NCBI GenBank assembly: GCA_963848965.1
Contig: CAWKFG010000004.1
Span: 192,001 to 256,000 of the forward strand
Direction: 5' to 3'
DNA from: an uncultured bacterium
GTDB lineage: Bacteria > Babelota > Babeliae > Babelales > Babelaceae
Length of the DNA: 64,000 nt
The notes below the pieces were generated by a model that worked only from the letters and a program-made list of their open reading frames with translations, searched no databases and was not told the DNA's origin. How positions within the stretch are numbered: the stretch's first letter is position 1; each line of letters starts with the position of its first letter. The position numbers and the translations under genes were made by a program. Positions 9,143 to 18,690 of this stretch are shown piece after piece.

Positions 9143-10642
9143 ATGTATCTTAAAAAACTCTCACTTCTTATGAGCATTATGTTTTTACCATCATACGTAT
9201 TCTCTCAATTTACTCCTCATGCTGATCGTTGGGATTGGAAAGCTATAAATACCAAAGACATTACTTTTGGAAAGCATTTTTTATGGGGTGCAGCTATTTG
9301 TGAATACCAGAACTCTGGTGCATTTCACTGCGATAAAAATAATTGGGCACACTGGGAAAATACCACATTCGCCAACGGTAAGCCGCACACTGTCAACGGA
9401 CAGAAATCTGGCCCTTCTTGTAATCATTGGGATCTCTATAGAAAAGATATTGAGCTTATGAAGCAACTTGGACTCAATTCTTTTAGATTCTCTGTTGAAT
9501 GGAGCAAAATAGAACCTCAGGAAGGCACTTTTGATGAACCTGCCATACAGCATTATGTAGACTTTTGTAATGCGTTGCTAGAAGCAGAGATTAAGCCTTT
9601 AATAACTCTCCATCACTTTACTCATCCACAGTGGTTTGAAGATAAAGGCGCTTTTGAACATGAAGAAAATATTACCTACTTTGTTCGATTTGCAAAAAGA
9701 GTATTTGAAGCGCTTGGATCTAAAGTACACTTATGGTGTACTCTTAATGAGCCTACAATCTATGCATTCCAGGGCTATGTTCGTGGTGTTTTTCCTCCTG
9801 GTAAAAAAAGCTTTGCTGAACTCTTTCCTAATCAACTTGCAGTACATGTACTAAGAAACCTTATGATAGCTCATACACAAGTTTATAAAACTCTTAAAGC
9901 TATGCCTCATGGTGATAGGGCTCAAATAGGCTTAGTACATCAGTATTTGCGCTTTATGCCCTATACTAGTTGGCATCTTCTTGAAAAGCTTCCTGGCTTT
10001 GCACTCAACCATTTTCTTAATGATGTAGTACTCAACTTCTGTTCTACAGGAACATTTAAATACAACTTTTATGTACCATGTATTGCAAATATTCATGCTG
10101 AATACCAAGCTCCAGAAGGTCCACTACTAGACTTTATTGGGCTTAATTACTACTCTCGTGTGCTTGTTCATTTTAAATGGCTTATATTGCCTATGTCCTC
10201 TTGCTATCCACACGAAATTATGACCGATATGCCCTATGCGATGTACGCTCAAGGTCTCTATGAGGCTATTAAAGATGTAGCTCGCCTACGAGTACCTATT
10301 TATATTACTGAAAACGGAATTGCCGACGAAAAAGATACAAAAAGAAAGCAGTTTCTTAAGCAATATATATATGCACTAAGTACTGCTATTAGAGACGGCT
10401 ACGATGTGCGAGGCTTCTACTACTGGAGTCTCACAGACAACTTTGAATGGGACATGGGATATACAATGCGATTCGGTCTTTATGGAGTTAACTTCCAAAC
10501 GCAAGAACGAACATTAAGAAAAGGCTCTCAATACTATGCTAAAGTTATTCGTAAAGCACGAGAAGGACAGCTATCACGACCATTTGCTCTTGTTTCACCA
10601 CCACAAAAAGAATCTCAGCCTACACATGAAAAGCAAGCATAA
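9143..10642 (+). CDS. Glycoside hydrolase family 1 (beta-glucosidase-like) with signal peptide
   Basis: FRFSVEWSKIEP, TLHHF, catalytic TLNEP and ITENG, WSLTDNFEW motifs. Confidence 0.93.
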   Translation: MYLKKLSLLMSIMFLPSYVFSQFTPHADRWDWKAINTKDITFGKHFLWGAAICEYQNSGAFHCDKNNWAHWENTTFANGKPHTVNGQKSGPSCNHWDLYRKDIELMKQLGLNSFRFSVEWSKIEPQEGTFDEPAIQHYVDFCNALLEAEIKPLITLHHFTHPQWFEDKGAFEHEENITYFVRFAKRVFEALGSKVHLWCTLNEPTIYAFQGYVRGVFPPGKKSFAELFPNQLAVHVLRNLMIAHTQVYKTLKAMPHGDRAQIGLVHQYLRFMPYTSWHLLEKLPGFALNHFLNDVVLNFCSTGTFKYNFYVPCIANIHAEYQAPEGPLLDFIGLNYYSRVLVHFKWLILPMSSCYPHEIMTDMPYAMYAQGLYEAIKDVARLRVPIYITENGIADEKDTKRKQFLKQYIYALSTAIRDGYDVRGFYYWSLTDNFEWDMGYTMRFGLYGVNFQTQERTLRKGSQYYAKVIRKAREGQLSRPFALVSPPQKESQPTHEKQA

Positions 10643-10659
10643 ATTTGTACAACAAACCA

Positions 10660-10681
10660 AAAGGGCCCCAGAGGGCCCTTT
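10660..10681. terminator. Bidirectional intrinsic terminator
   Basis: AAAGGGCCC/GGGCCCTTT hairpin between convergent genes. Confidence 0.7.
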
Positions 10682-10697
10682 ATTTGTGATCTCTCTT

Positions 10698-11195
10698 TTA
10701 TTTTGCCAAATACTTCAAGAGCCTTTCGTATAATTCTTGAGGAAGAGCTTTTTCAACTTCTTCTTGGTTAAGTTTTCCTTGCTGTATTAAATCTGCTACT
10801 TTCTTTAAACCACTAGTGGCTAAAGTTGGCCCTTCTGGCTTTAAAAGTTCTGCTAATTCTCTATGACCTGCAACAAGAGCAATGTCTGAAGCCGTTTGTC
10901 CTTGAGTATTCCTTACAGCTTTATCAGCACCCACTTTAAGTAATTGCTGAACAATCTCTTTATTTCCCTTATCAGCTGCTGCCATAAGCATAGTCCAACC
11001 TATATAAGGTTGATGCCAGTCATGCCCACCTTCAAGCTTTTTATCCACATTAAAAGGCTCAAACGTAGAAAATGCTTTATATTTGAGAACTTCATCGAAC
11101 ATAGACTTAAAGTTCTCTGAATCGTTCTTTATAATAGAAGAGATAATATCCAAAAAGTCACATTGTATGTATGGTATATAAAGTGAAAATACCAT
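10698..11195 (-). CDS. Ankyrin-repeat protein with C-terminal BC/Cul-box-like module
   Basis: GWTMLMAAADKGNKEIVQQLLKVGAD and GQTASDIA ankyrin repeats; probable true start at ATG 11227 (RBS AAGGAG) is one base out of frame in a T-run. Confidence 0.8.
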   Translation of the reverse strand: MVFSLYIPYIQCDFLDIISSIIKNDSENFKSMFDEVLKYKAFSTFEPFNVDKKLEGGHDWHQPYIGWTMLMAAADKGNKEIVQQLLKVGADKAVRNTQGQTASDIALVAGHRELAELLKPEGPTLATSGLKKVADLIQQGKLNQEEVEKALPQELYERLLKYLAK

Positions 11196-11357
11196 TATAA
11201 AAACAAGTTTTTTAGATTCAAAAACATAGCACTCCTTAAATATATTTTTATTTGAAAATAATTTCCATTATTATATATTATTACAGTTCCTTCCTTCTGA
11301 TTTCAAGCATTTTATATATAATAATTACGTGCATAATAAAATTGTAGTGGACTTGTA

Positions 11358-11410
11358 GAAGCTCAAACCCCATGGACTACCTCCACCTCTAGAGGCCAGG
11401 AGAATTCTTA
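11358..11410. mobile_element. Possible degenerate IS200/IS605-type end hairpin remnant
   Basis: GC-rich imperfect hairpin CTCCACCTCTAGAGGCCAGGAG in an AT-rich intergenic region; no transposase nearby. Confidence 0.25.
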
Positions 11411-11431
11411 CTACTTGTTGTTAAAGACTAA

Positions 11432-11458
11432 TAAAGGGCAGCTGAGTGCTGCCCTTTA
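11432..11458. terminator. Intrinsic terminator
   Basis: TAAAGGGCAGC/GCTGCCCTTTA hairpin downstream of 11479..12093. Confidence 0.7.
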
Positions 11459-11478
11459 AGTTTTCATAACTACTATTA

Positions 11479-12093
11479 TTATCTATCTGTTTTAGGCTCA
11501 GGAGCACAAACACAGCGAGAATCTTCTAACTCTTTTACCTCTTCCATAGTTTGAGGAACAAGATTGTCTTGTGTCTTCTTCACCCAACTGTCATAAAAAG
11601 ATTGTAGTTGCTTATAGAGCATTCCTATTCTTTCTAATTCTTGTGTATTTTGAGTTCGTAGGTCCACAGATGGCAATATAATCTTAGTAAAACACTCATC
11701 AACTTTGAATAATTGTAGAGTATCCAATATACCCCTTTGAAAAGCATTCCAACATTTAAATAGTGTTTGCCCATCAGCTAAATCATCTACAAAAGTATTA
11801 TAAAGTATACCTTCTGCATAAAATCGTAGACTCAGCTCTTTCTCCCATAGATCATGCCAAGCTCGTGAATCTTTAACCAATAGAGAAAGCTTAGCTAGTA
11901 CATCACAATAGTTAGTGCCAAAGCGTTGTCCTTTTTTGTAATATTCTTCTGCACTAAGAGGACAATCCTCTTTATAATTTTCTGCAACATACATGCGCAT
12001 CTTTTGCTTTTCTTTTTCCATACCATATGAGAAAGCAGGCACTAGTATAAGACTAAGAGCACATAATTTTTTTGCTAAATACATATTTTTCAT
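11479..12093 (-). CDS. Secreted hypothetical protein
   Basis: Signal peptide ending SYG|ME; no recognised domain. Confidence 0.7.
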   Translation of the reverse strand: MKNMYLAKKLCALSLILVPAFSYGMEKEKQKMRMYVAENYKEDCPLSAEEYYKKGQRFGTNYCDVLAKLSLLVKDSRAWHDLWEKELSLRFYAEGILYNTFVDDLADGQTLFKCWNAFQRGILDTLQLFKVDECFTKIILPSVDLRTQNTQELERIGMLYKQLQSFYDSWVKKTQDNLVPQTMEEVKELEDSRCVCAPEPKTDR

Positions 12094-12311
12094 ATTTTAC
12101 CTTTCAATCATTATGTTTTTTGTTAACATAACTTTTATCATACAGAAAATAATAGATTTATCAAAACCTCTCTATAGAAAATCATAGTACATTAAGCAAT
12201 TGTGCCTTAGTTAGCACGTTCATGAGAGCTGTTACATAATTTCTAGCTAAAGGTACAGTAATAGCAGAAAACAAGTATGGTTACTCTATTTTTTCTTTTA
12301 AGGAATCATCA

Positions 12312-12749
12312 ATGAACAAATTACAAAAGATTCTTATTATAGCTTTCTTCTTTTCAGTTAACACTCACGCAGTTTTACTTACCAACGGAGCTCACATCCC
12401 TTATGCAAAAGTAAAGCATGTCTATGATATTCTAAAAACATTAGAAAAAGAGAAGTGCTATTGTCTCTTAGCAGATTTATATAGAGCTTCAAAGAGCAAG
12501 CAGCTCAATCCGGATACTTTTGTACTCAATGATGTGCTAAACAAGAAAGATAGCAACAGAATGCAAACTGCAATAGAGCTTGGCCTCTGTGACAAAACAG
12601 GAGCTCTTGATACTGATACTGCTCATATTATTAACTCTTCTATTAGTACAATGTTCAAGGCACCACGCTGGGTTATATATGTGACAGTAAAATCACCTAT
12701 AAGTTGGAAAAACTATTTTTCTTTAAGTTATTGGAAAGAAAAAGCATAA
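12312..12749 (+). CDS. Secreted hypothetical protein
   Basis: RBS AAGGA; signal peptide ending THA. Confidence 0.7.
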   Translation: MNKLQKILIIAFFFSVNTHAVLLTNGAHIPYAKVKHVYDILKTLEKEKCYCLLADLYRASKSKQLNPDTFVLNDVLNKKDSNRMQTAIELGLCDKTGALDTDTAHIINSSISTMFKAPRWVIYVTVKSPISWKNYFSLSYWKEKA

Positions 12750-12874
12750 AAAAAGGATGGGAGATTAAGAATTCAAGGATGCCAAACTACGTCGATTCTT
12801 GTTATTCAATAGTATTTGCTGTATAATTAATTTAAAAATAAATAGAATTAACATTACTTTAAAAGGATTATCGT

Positions 12875-13285
12875 ATGTCAATCAAATACTATTTTATTGC
12901 CGTTTTTCTTCTTGGTACCTCATTAGCTCAAGCAATGGATGTTACACAACCGCAAGGTCAAAGTACTTTAACAGAAGCTCAAAAAGCACTTTTTATGTTC
13001 CGCGCTCGTGGCTTAATGTTTGTAAAAGCTGCTCAAGAAAATAAAACTGCCGTAGTTAATGCTCTTTTACCAACCATTGGTACCCTTATTAATACGAAGG
13101 ATCAAGCTGGCAAAAGTGCTCTTCATCATGCAGTAGGCAATCAAAATAGAGAAATGGTACAAGCTTTAGTAAGAGCTCAAGCTGATATTACTCTCGCAGA
13201 TAATGCAGGGCAAACACCTTTAGACCTTGCAAGAGAAACAAATAACACAGAAATTATAGCTCTTTTATCTCCAAAGCAAAAATAA
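12875..13285 (+). CDS. Secreted ankyrin-repeat protein
   Basis: Signal peptide AQA|MD; GKSALHHAV and GQTPLDLA repeats. Confidence 0.88.
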   Translation: MSIKYYFIAVFLLGTSLAQAMDVTQPQGQSTLTEAQKALFMFRARGLMFVKAAQENKTAVVNALLPTIGTLINTKDQAGKSALHHAVGNQNREMVQALVRAQADITLADNAGQTPLDLARETNNTEIIALLSPKQK

Positions 13286-13522
13286 GTAAGTTCATTACGA
13301 AAAAGAACTGAATATTTCTATTTCTTTGATCAACCAGTGAAAAAGTATCAAAAAAGAATTATCACCTTAATTCTCCTGTGCTATACTCAAAAGTAGCTTC
13401 AATAATGAAAAAATCATCAGATAAACTAACCTTTTACTACTTAATTATTGCGAATAAAGCTATTAATTTTGTATAGTAAGTAGAGTAAAATAATCAAATA
13501 ATTTATCTATAAGGAGAATAAA

Positions 13523-13873
13523 ATGAATTATAAGACTTTTTTAGGGATACTTCTTGTATTTCCTTTTACCACTTTTGGCATGGAGCCAGATCCAGCATCT
13601 GTTGATAGTCCTCTAAATGCAGCTGGAGAAACTCCCTTAATGCGAGCTATAACCTATGGAGATAAAGATAAAGTACAAAAGCTTATTAAAGCAGGTGCTA
13701 ATATTAATTTCGTAACTAAATATGGTATGACTCCTCATGCCCTTGCTACTATAGGCTCTATGTTTAGTCCCGAAGCACAAGCTATATTAAAGCTTCTTGA
13801 AGAACATGGGGCACACGGAGGCCCTATGCCCCTTAAAATAACAGTCGGATCAAAAACAAAAGAATCAAAATAA
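13523..13873 (+). CDS. Small secreted ankyrin-repeat protein (paralog of 17887..18207)
   Basis: Signal peptide TFG|ME; GETPLMRAI...LIKAGANIN. Confidence 0.88.
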   Translation: MNYKTFLGILLVFPFTTFGMEPDPASVDSPLNAAGETPLMRAITYGDKDKVQKLIKAGANINFVTKYGMTPHALATIGSMFSPEAQAILKLLEEHGAHGGPMPLKITVGSKTKESK

Positions 13874-13894
13874 TGATTTGCTTGAATTAGATTT

Positions 13895-13925
13895 AAGATG
13901 GCCAAAAAACTTTGGCCATCTTTTT
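13895..13925 (+). terminator. Intrinsic terminator
   Basis: AAGATGGCCAAA/TTTGGCCATCTT hairpin followed by T tract. Confidence 0.75.
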
Positions 13926-13998
13926 ATTCCCGCACAAGCCTCTCGTGCATATACTCTTGCAAAGCTCGTAGCTCAGCATACTATGCCCTTTATTCAAC

Positions 13999-15180
13999 TT
14001 ATACGTTGGTTAATTCTTCTTTTAGATCCTGCGGAAGTACTTTCTCTGCTTTTGTACTAAAAGTCTGATTATTTTTGCGTATATAGGCTAGAGTAATTTC
14101 CTTAAGTGTTGCCACTTGTATCTTCTTTTTATCTTTAAGTCTGGTCAGCCATAAATACTTAGGCTCTGGACCACCTCTGGTATCAACGGGTTCTCCTTTA
14201 CCTAATACCTCGAGCCATTTTCCTCCTTGGCTAATAGCCTTAAGAGCAACTAAGGGAAGATTTGTCGATATGCTCAAGAGCTTAGCCTGATCACCATCAT
14301 CAATTGAATCATCATTTACCATGAGATTAAGAATTGAACGTATATAGGGAGTATTTTCAATACAAAGTTTGCTTAGTTGAGGTGCCATAACCGCTTTTTC
14401 TGGCACTTTTACAAGTGGGTTATTATCTAGATCTACATATTGTAATGTAGGATATTCCGAAGGCATACTGTCAGAAATATCAGTAAGCCGATTATTACTA
14501 AGCGTAAGTGAGGTAAGTCTTGTATTATACTTTAAAGCATCAGCAGAAAGTCCTTTGAGATAGTTATCACTCACGTCTAATATCTCTAATAGAGGACAAT
14601 AATAAAAAATAGTCGCAGGAAGCTCTTGAAGGTAATTATGATTCAATCGAAGAGATTTAAGTTTTTTACACAATACAAAAAGATTTCCAGAAAGCTTTGT
14701 AAGCATATTACTTGAAATCCATAAGTATTCTAATATGCTCTTGTCTGAAAAAGTATCTTCAGCAAGTAAATTTATCTTATTAGAACCAAGATCAAGGCCA
14801 GATAATCGTGAGAAACATTCCAAATCTTTCTTTTTTAAAGATGTAAGAGCATTTTCTGAGAGCCTTACGGAATCAATAGTGCTTACATTAGAATGAGAAG
14901 CTGATATAAATTCTTTTAAATGCTCAAGCGAGGCTATATTTAAACCCTGAAGATAAAGACTTTTCTTATCATAACTGAAAAGTTGACCATTACTGAGTCT
15001 ATGTGCAAATTCCACCTTCGTTCTTAACTTCAAAAGATCAAGGACCCCAACAGTTGCTTTTTCTTTTTTAGAATGTACAATCTGCTGGCCATGCCGAGCC
15101 GATTCCTTCTTTTCTTGCTCCATACCCTGCATATACATAAAAAGACTTATACTTGCTAAAGTTAAAAATAGTTTTTTCAT
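13999..15180 (-). CDS. Secreted leucine-rich-repeat protein with C-terminal BC/Cul-box-like module
   Basis: Probable start ATG 15180 (MKKLFLTLASISLFMYMQG|ME); about eight LxxLxLxxNxL repeats; tail TLKEITLAYI...LPQDLKEEL. Confidence 0.88.
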   Translation of the reverse strand: MKKLFLTLASISLFMYMQGMEQEKKESARHGQQIVHSKKEKATVGVLDLLKLRTKVEFAHRLSNGQLFSYDKKSLYLQGLNIASLEHLKEFISASHSNVSTIDSVRLSENALTSLKKKDLECFSRLSGLDLGSNKINLLAEDTFSDKSILEYLWISSNMLTKLSGNLFVLCKKLKSLRLNHNYLQELPATIFYYCPLLEILDVSDNYLKGLSADALKYNTRLTSLTLSNNRLTDISDSMPSEYPTLQYVDLDNNPLVKVPEKAVMAPQLSKLCIENTPYIRSILNLMVNDDSIDDGDQAKLLSISTNLPLVALKAISQGGKWLEVLGKGEPVDTRGGPEPKYLWLTRLKDKKKIQVATLKEITLAYIRKNNQTFSTKAEKVLPQDLKEELTNV

Positions 15181-15196
15181 AGTGAGCCCATTCAAT

Positions 15197-15225
15197 AAAA
15201 AAGCGGTACTAGAAAGTACCGCTTT
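15197..15225 (-). terminator. Intrinsic terminator
   Basis: AAAGCGGTACT/AGTACCGCTTT hairpin with U tract on the minus strand after 15233..15976. Confidence 0.7.
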
Positions 15226-15232
15226 AAATGTG

Positions 15233-15976
15233 TTAGAGACAAAACGCAAATGCGTATGACGGTTGCTTAAATCTCTTATATTCTGCTTCTTTTTCAAGAG
15301 CATTGTGCTGCACTAAAAATTCTTTTGCAAAATCATTTTTCATGTTGCGTGCCTCATTATAAGCAAAATAAAGGTAGAGATCTCGCGGTGTACATTCAGG
15401 CCGATCTTCTGAAGCAATACCAGGTGATGAACTTGCTACCTCTTCTAACTCAAGTGACAATGCGGTATGTTTAAAAAGCTCAACGATTTTTAAATGCTTT
15501 TTCAACTGAATACGCGTATCATCTCTATCCTGTACCAACTCTAATTCTTCAACTTTAGAAGAAATGAGGGTTCGGATAAGTTCCATAACAGCTCTTTTTT
15601 CAGAAAGTTTTAAATTATTATTTTTAAAAAGAACAAGAAAAGCCAATTCAACAAGATCTTTTACAGGATGACTGTAAATTATGCTGTGAGTTAGATCAAG
15701 GTTAAGATAAGTCACTAGTCGCTTATTAACTTCTTGTTGCAGCTCTTGTGGCAAGAGTGAAAGGAAAGTCGCTTTATACATAGCATCTTGTGGTAGTTGT
15801 TTTAAGCGTTTAAGCGCGTTATTATATACTTCTTCAGAATTTACCGGATTACTTCGCTTTACCGGTGGAAGCAGGGACCTCTTAGGTTGCTCCTCATGAT
15901 TCATTGCACGTATAGTTGAGATGCTCAATAATAGCACGCTTACGAGTGCCGTTACTTTATATGATGTCATATACAA
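15233..15976 (-). CDS. Secreted hypothetical protein with F-box-like segment
   Basis: Signal peptide IRA|MN; FLSLLPQELQQEV. Confidence 0.7.
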   Translation of the reverse strand: MYMTSYKVTALVSVLLLSISTIRAMNHEEQPKRSLLPPVKRSNPVNSEEVYNNALKRLKQLPQDAMYKATFLSLLPQELQQEVNKRLVTYLNLDLTHSIIYSHPVKDLVELAFLVLFKNNNLKLSEKRAVMELIRTLISSKVEELELVQDRDDTRIQLKKHLKIVELFKHTALSLELEEVASSSPGIASEDRPECTPRDLYLYFAYNEARNMKNDFAKEFLVQHNALEKEAEYKRFKQPSYAFAFCL

Positions 15977-16082
15977 ATCCTTTAATCAAGGCAATTATTA
16001 ATAATATTCATTACAATAGAATTTCTATAATTCTATTGGTAAATTATAATAAAAAATTATAAATAAAGCAAATAAAACTATA

Positions 16083-16190
16083 ATATGCTTATCCTAATTG
16101 ACAAGTTGCGTGACTTTTGCTCATCCGACAAGCTCCACACAAAAGCAAGGATCTGCGATAGGAAGCCTGTTTCCAGTCAATAAGATCATG
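16083..16190 (-). pseudogene. Decayed N-terminal remnant of an AAA+/DUF4143 ATPase
   Basis: Manual translation HDLIDWKQASYRRSLLLCGACRMSKSHATCQLG* aligns with LLEWKNSTLRMPLLIRGARQVGKTHAARNLG of 19976..20284. Confidence 0.75.
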
Positions 16191-16226
16191 AAAATAGCTA
16201 GGTGGGTACTCCTAAAAGATCTTTCT

Positions 16227-17021
16227 TCAGTAATTACGGTAAGGCTGTGCCTCATTCCATGCTTTGCTTAACGTATCTCTAAATAGTTGATCAAGTTCAT
16301 TTACATCTGGTTGATTTTTAAAATGTAACTCTTTTACATAGTTATTAAAATACTCAATCTGCCTTTCAGCATAGTCATTAATAATAGAAATCCGAGGAGC
16401 TTTATCTAATTCCTCTCCATTAATTTTTCTTTCAAGCAACTGCAGAATAGCCTGCTTGAGTTCTCCTCTTTCAAGCAAAGTATTCATCATAAGTTGAAAA
16501 TCTAGAGGAGCCATTTCATGAAAATTTTCAATCCATGCGCAAGCTAACAAAGGACGAAGAACATAAAAATATTTTTTTACCCATACGATATCTCCTTGTA
16601 AATATTCTTTGTAGTTATTAAGAGCCATGCTCAAATAATGGTACAAGCATGATTGAGGATTAAAATAGTTACGAGCTAGTCGTCTCGCTTGTTCAGCAAA
16701 GTCAGTATACTCTACATATACAATAGGGCTATTAAGCCACTCCATCATCGATGGATTAGACTTGCTAAATAGCCTTAAGGCTTTTCTTATCTCCCATCCA
16801 GCTAAATCAATATCGTTTGATAAAATTTTTTCAAAATTATCCTTCTTATCCCCTATTGAAAGATACCACTCAAAATGATGCACATAAATAAATCGGACAT
16901 CCCAATCGCTATTAGTAGATGCAAATCCCCAGGCTCTACTACCTGACTCTACAGCATATAAGATTTTTATTGATCTTTGTTCTTCTAACGCTTTCAATTC
17001 TTTTATTATTGCTTCTTTCAT
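16227..17021 (-). CDS. Predicted nucleotidyltransferase (YcgL/RlaP-like, Pol-beta fold)
   Basis: ESGSRAWGFAS..SDWDVRFIY, SNPSMMEWL, KKYFYVLRPLLA motifs. Confidence 0.88.
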   Translation of the reverse strand: MKEAIIKELKALEEQRSIKILYAVESGSRAWGFASTNSDWDVRFIYVHHFEWYLSIGDKKDNFEKILSNDIDLAGWEIRKALRLFSKSNPSMMEWLNSPIVYVEYTDFAEQARRLARNYFNPQSCLYHYLSMALNNYKEYLQGDIVWVKKYFYVLRPLLACAWIENFHEMAPLDFQLMMNTLLERGELKQAILQLLERKINGEELDKAPRISIINDYAERQIEYFNNYVKELHFKNQPDVNELDQLFRDTLSKAWNEAQPYRNY

Positions 17022-17057
17022 TGGAACTCCATAAGCGCAAAAACTGCTTTTCCATAC

Positions 17058-17589
17058 TCAGACTATTTTCTCTACAGTTTGATTTTTAACAACAGCAGCA
17101 ATAGCATATAAAGGATATGAGTAGATCCTATCTCTAGCTGAGTATACATAGTTATTTCTCGAAAAGTGTATTCCGTAAGGGATTTTAGGATGCTCTTTTA
17201 GAAAGAGATGCATACTTTTTAGAGCACCTCCAGTACCGCTTTTAACTTCTATAGGAATAACATGCTCATTATGTTGTATAAGATAATCAATCTCTGCTTG
17301 ACTTCCACGTTCAGCACGCTGCCAATAATATAGCTCTGCTTTCATATGAGGATCTGCGTACACTAAGAGCTCTTGACCAACAAACGCTTCAATAAATTCG
17401 CCTTTGTTAACAAATTGATCAAAAGGATTTACTAACCATTGGCCTAACCGAAGTCCCAATTGTGCCTGAGTTAAAGCAACGTCAAGGCAAAATACCTTAA
17501 ATACTTCAGGATCAACTTGAGCTCCTAAAGGATCTACGATAGGAAGCTTGTTTCCATTCAAGAAGATAATGATCAATAAAACGGCGCAT
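17058..17589 (-). pseudogene. AAA+/DUF4143 ATPase with large internal deletion
   Basis: ATG 17589 gives MRRFIDHYLLEWKQASYRRS, then joins out of frame to the C-terminal third (PLGAQ...LYYWQR...AEIDYL...PIEVKSG); Walker A and B absent. Confidence 0.85.
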
Positions 17590-17633
17590 GGTCAAAATTC
17601 AAAGATAGTTTAGCCTAAATATGGTCAAAATTC
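17590..17633 (-). promoter_or_regulatory. Repeated TTTTGACC boxes, 33-bp period, abutting the start codon
   Basis: GGTCAAAA at 17590 and 17623. Confidence 0.6.
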
Positions 17634-17886
17634 AAACATCTTTATAATTTTATAAGACGCGGAACATAAGTATACTATTTGATGCACTTTTTAAAACAAA
17701 GAAATTATAGCGTCCTTTTCTCCTTGAGAGGGATACCTAAGCTCATCTTTGGCATCTTATATGCCAGTTAAAGATAAAAGATCCTATAGAAAGCCAAAGG
17801 TTTTTAATATAAACTTGAAATTATAATTAATAATTTTGTATACTGACCATAATAATATAAATATACGACTATTACAAGGAGATAGT

Positions 17887-18207
17887 ATGGCCTGCAAAGT
17901 TTTTTATGCACTACTTATTGTATTACCTTTTACAATTTTCGGTATGGAACCAGCAGCTGTTGATCGTCCCTTAGATAAAGCGGGAAATACTCTTTTAATA
18001 AAAGCTATAGCTAGTGGTAACATAGACGAAGTAGAACGACTTATAAAACTTGGTGCCAATGTTAATCTGCGTACCGCATATGGTATAACCCCTTTCAGCC
18101 TTGCCTTTATGCTAGCCACAGTTGATCCGGATAAAGGAGAACCTATAGTAGATACACTCAGAAAATATGGCGCAACAGCTGCTAGAACCTCCAAAATAAG
18201 AGATTAA
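17887..18207 (+). CDS. Small secreted ankyrin-repeat protein (paralog of 13523..13873)
   Basis: RBS AAGGAG before ATG 17887; IFG|ME; GNTLLIKAI...LIKLGANVN. Confidence 0.88.
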   Translation: MACKVFYALLIVLPFTIFGMEPAAVDRPLDKAGNTLLIKAIASGNIDEVERLIKLGANVNLRTAYGITPFSLAFMLATVDPDKGEPIVDTLRKYGATAARTSKIRD

Positions 18208-18296
18208 GCCTGGCTTGATTAGTATGATAGTTATAGCTGCTACACTCAATGATAGTCAAATTAAATACACAATAAAATAATTATTAAGGAGAGAAA

Positions 18297-18548
18297 ATGG
18301 TTAAAAAAACACTTGTTCTTATTGCTCTTGTAACAGCTACTGTATATTCTCATTCACTTTACTCGAGTCTTTGTGAATGTACCCTTAGTACCCAACCAAT
18401 TACTGATACTACAACTTCTTCTACAGGAGTACGAACATTTCATTTTCAATATACCAATATATCTAATGTAGATGATTGCAGAACACGATGCCAGGAAAAA
18501 AAGGCTGAATATAACATGCCTTATATGACTGGTCATTTTACAAAATAA
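18297..18548 (+). CDS. Small secreted cysteine-rich protein (CxC...CxxxC)
   Basis: RBS AAGGAG, signal peptide, CEC and CRTRC. Confidence 0.8.
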   Translation: MVKKTLVLIALVTATVYSHSLYSSLCECTLSTQPITDTTTSSTGVRTFHFQYTNISNVDDCRTRCQEKKAEYNMPYMTGHFTK

Positions 18549-18627
18549 TGATGCCAATTATCTAAACCATTATAGTAGCTGATACGTATTTTCTTGTAAA
18601 ATTCACCGTGATTTTATAAAATTATAG

Positions 18628-18678
18628 CATGGAATGCATTACAGACTTTTTTATAATATTTATGGATCGCATTCCATG
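18628..18678. promoter_or_regulatory. Two ATGGA-N6-T(A/C)CA(G/T) boxes, 33-bp period
   Basis: ATGGAATGCATTACAG at 18629 and ATGGATCGCATTCCAT at 18662; together they also form a perfect 10-bp inverted repeat. Confidence 0.5.
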
Positions 18679-18690
18679 AATAGAAGTTTT

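Noticed and set aside
15181..15303. N-terminal extension of the LRR ORF
   Set aside because: Runs through a terminator and the upstream gene; signal peptide begins at 15180
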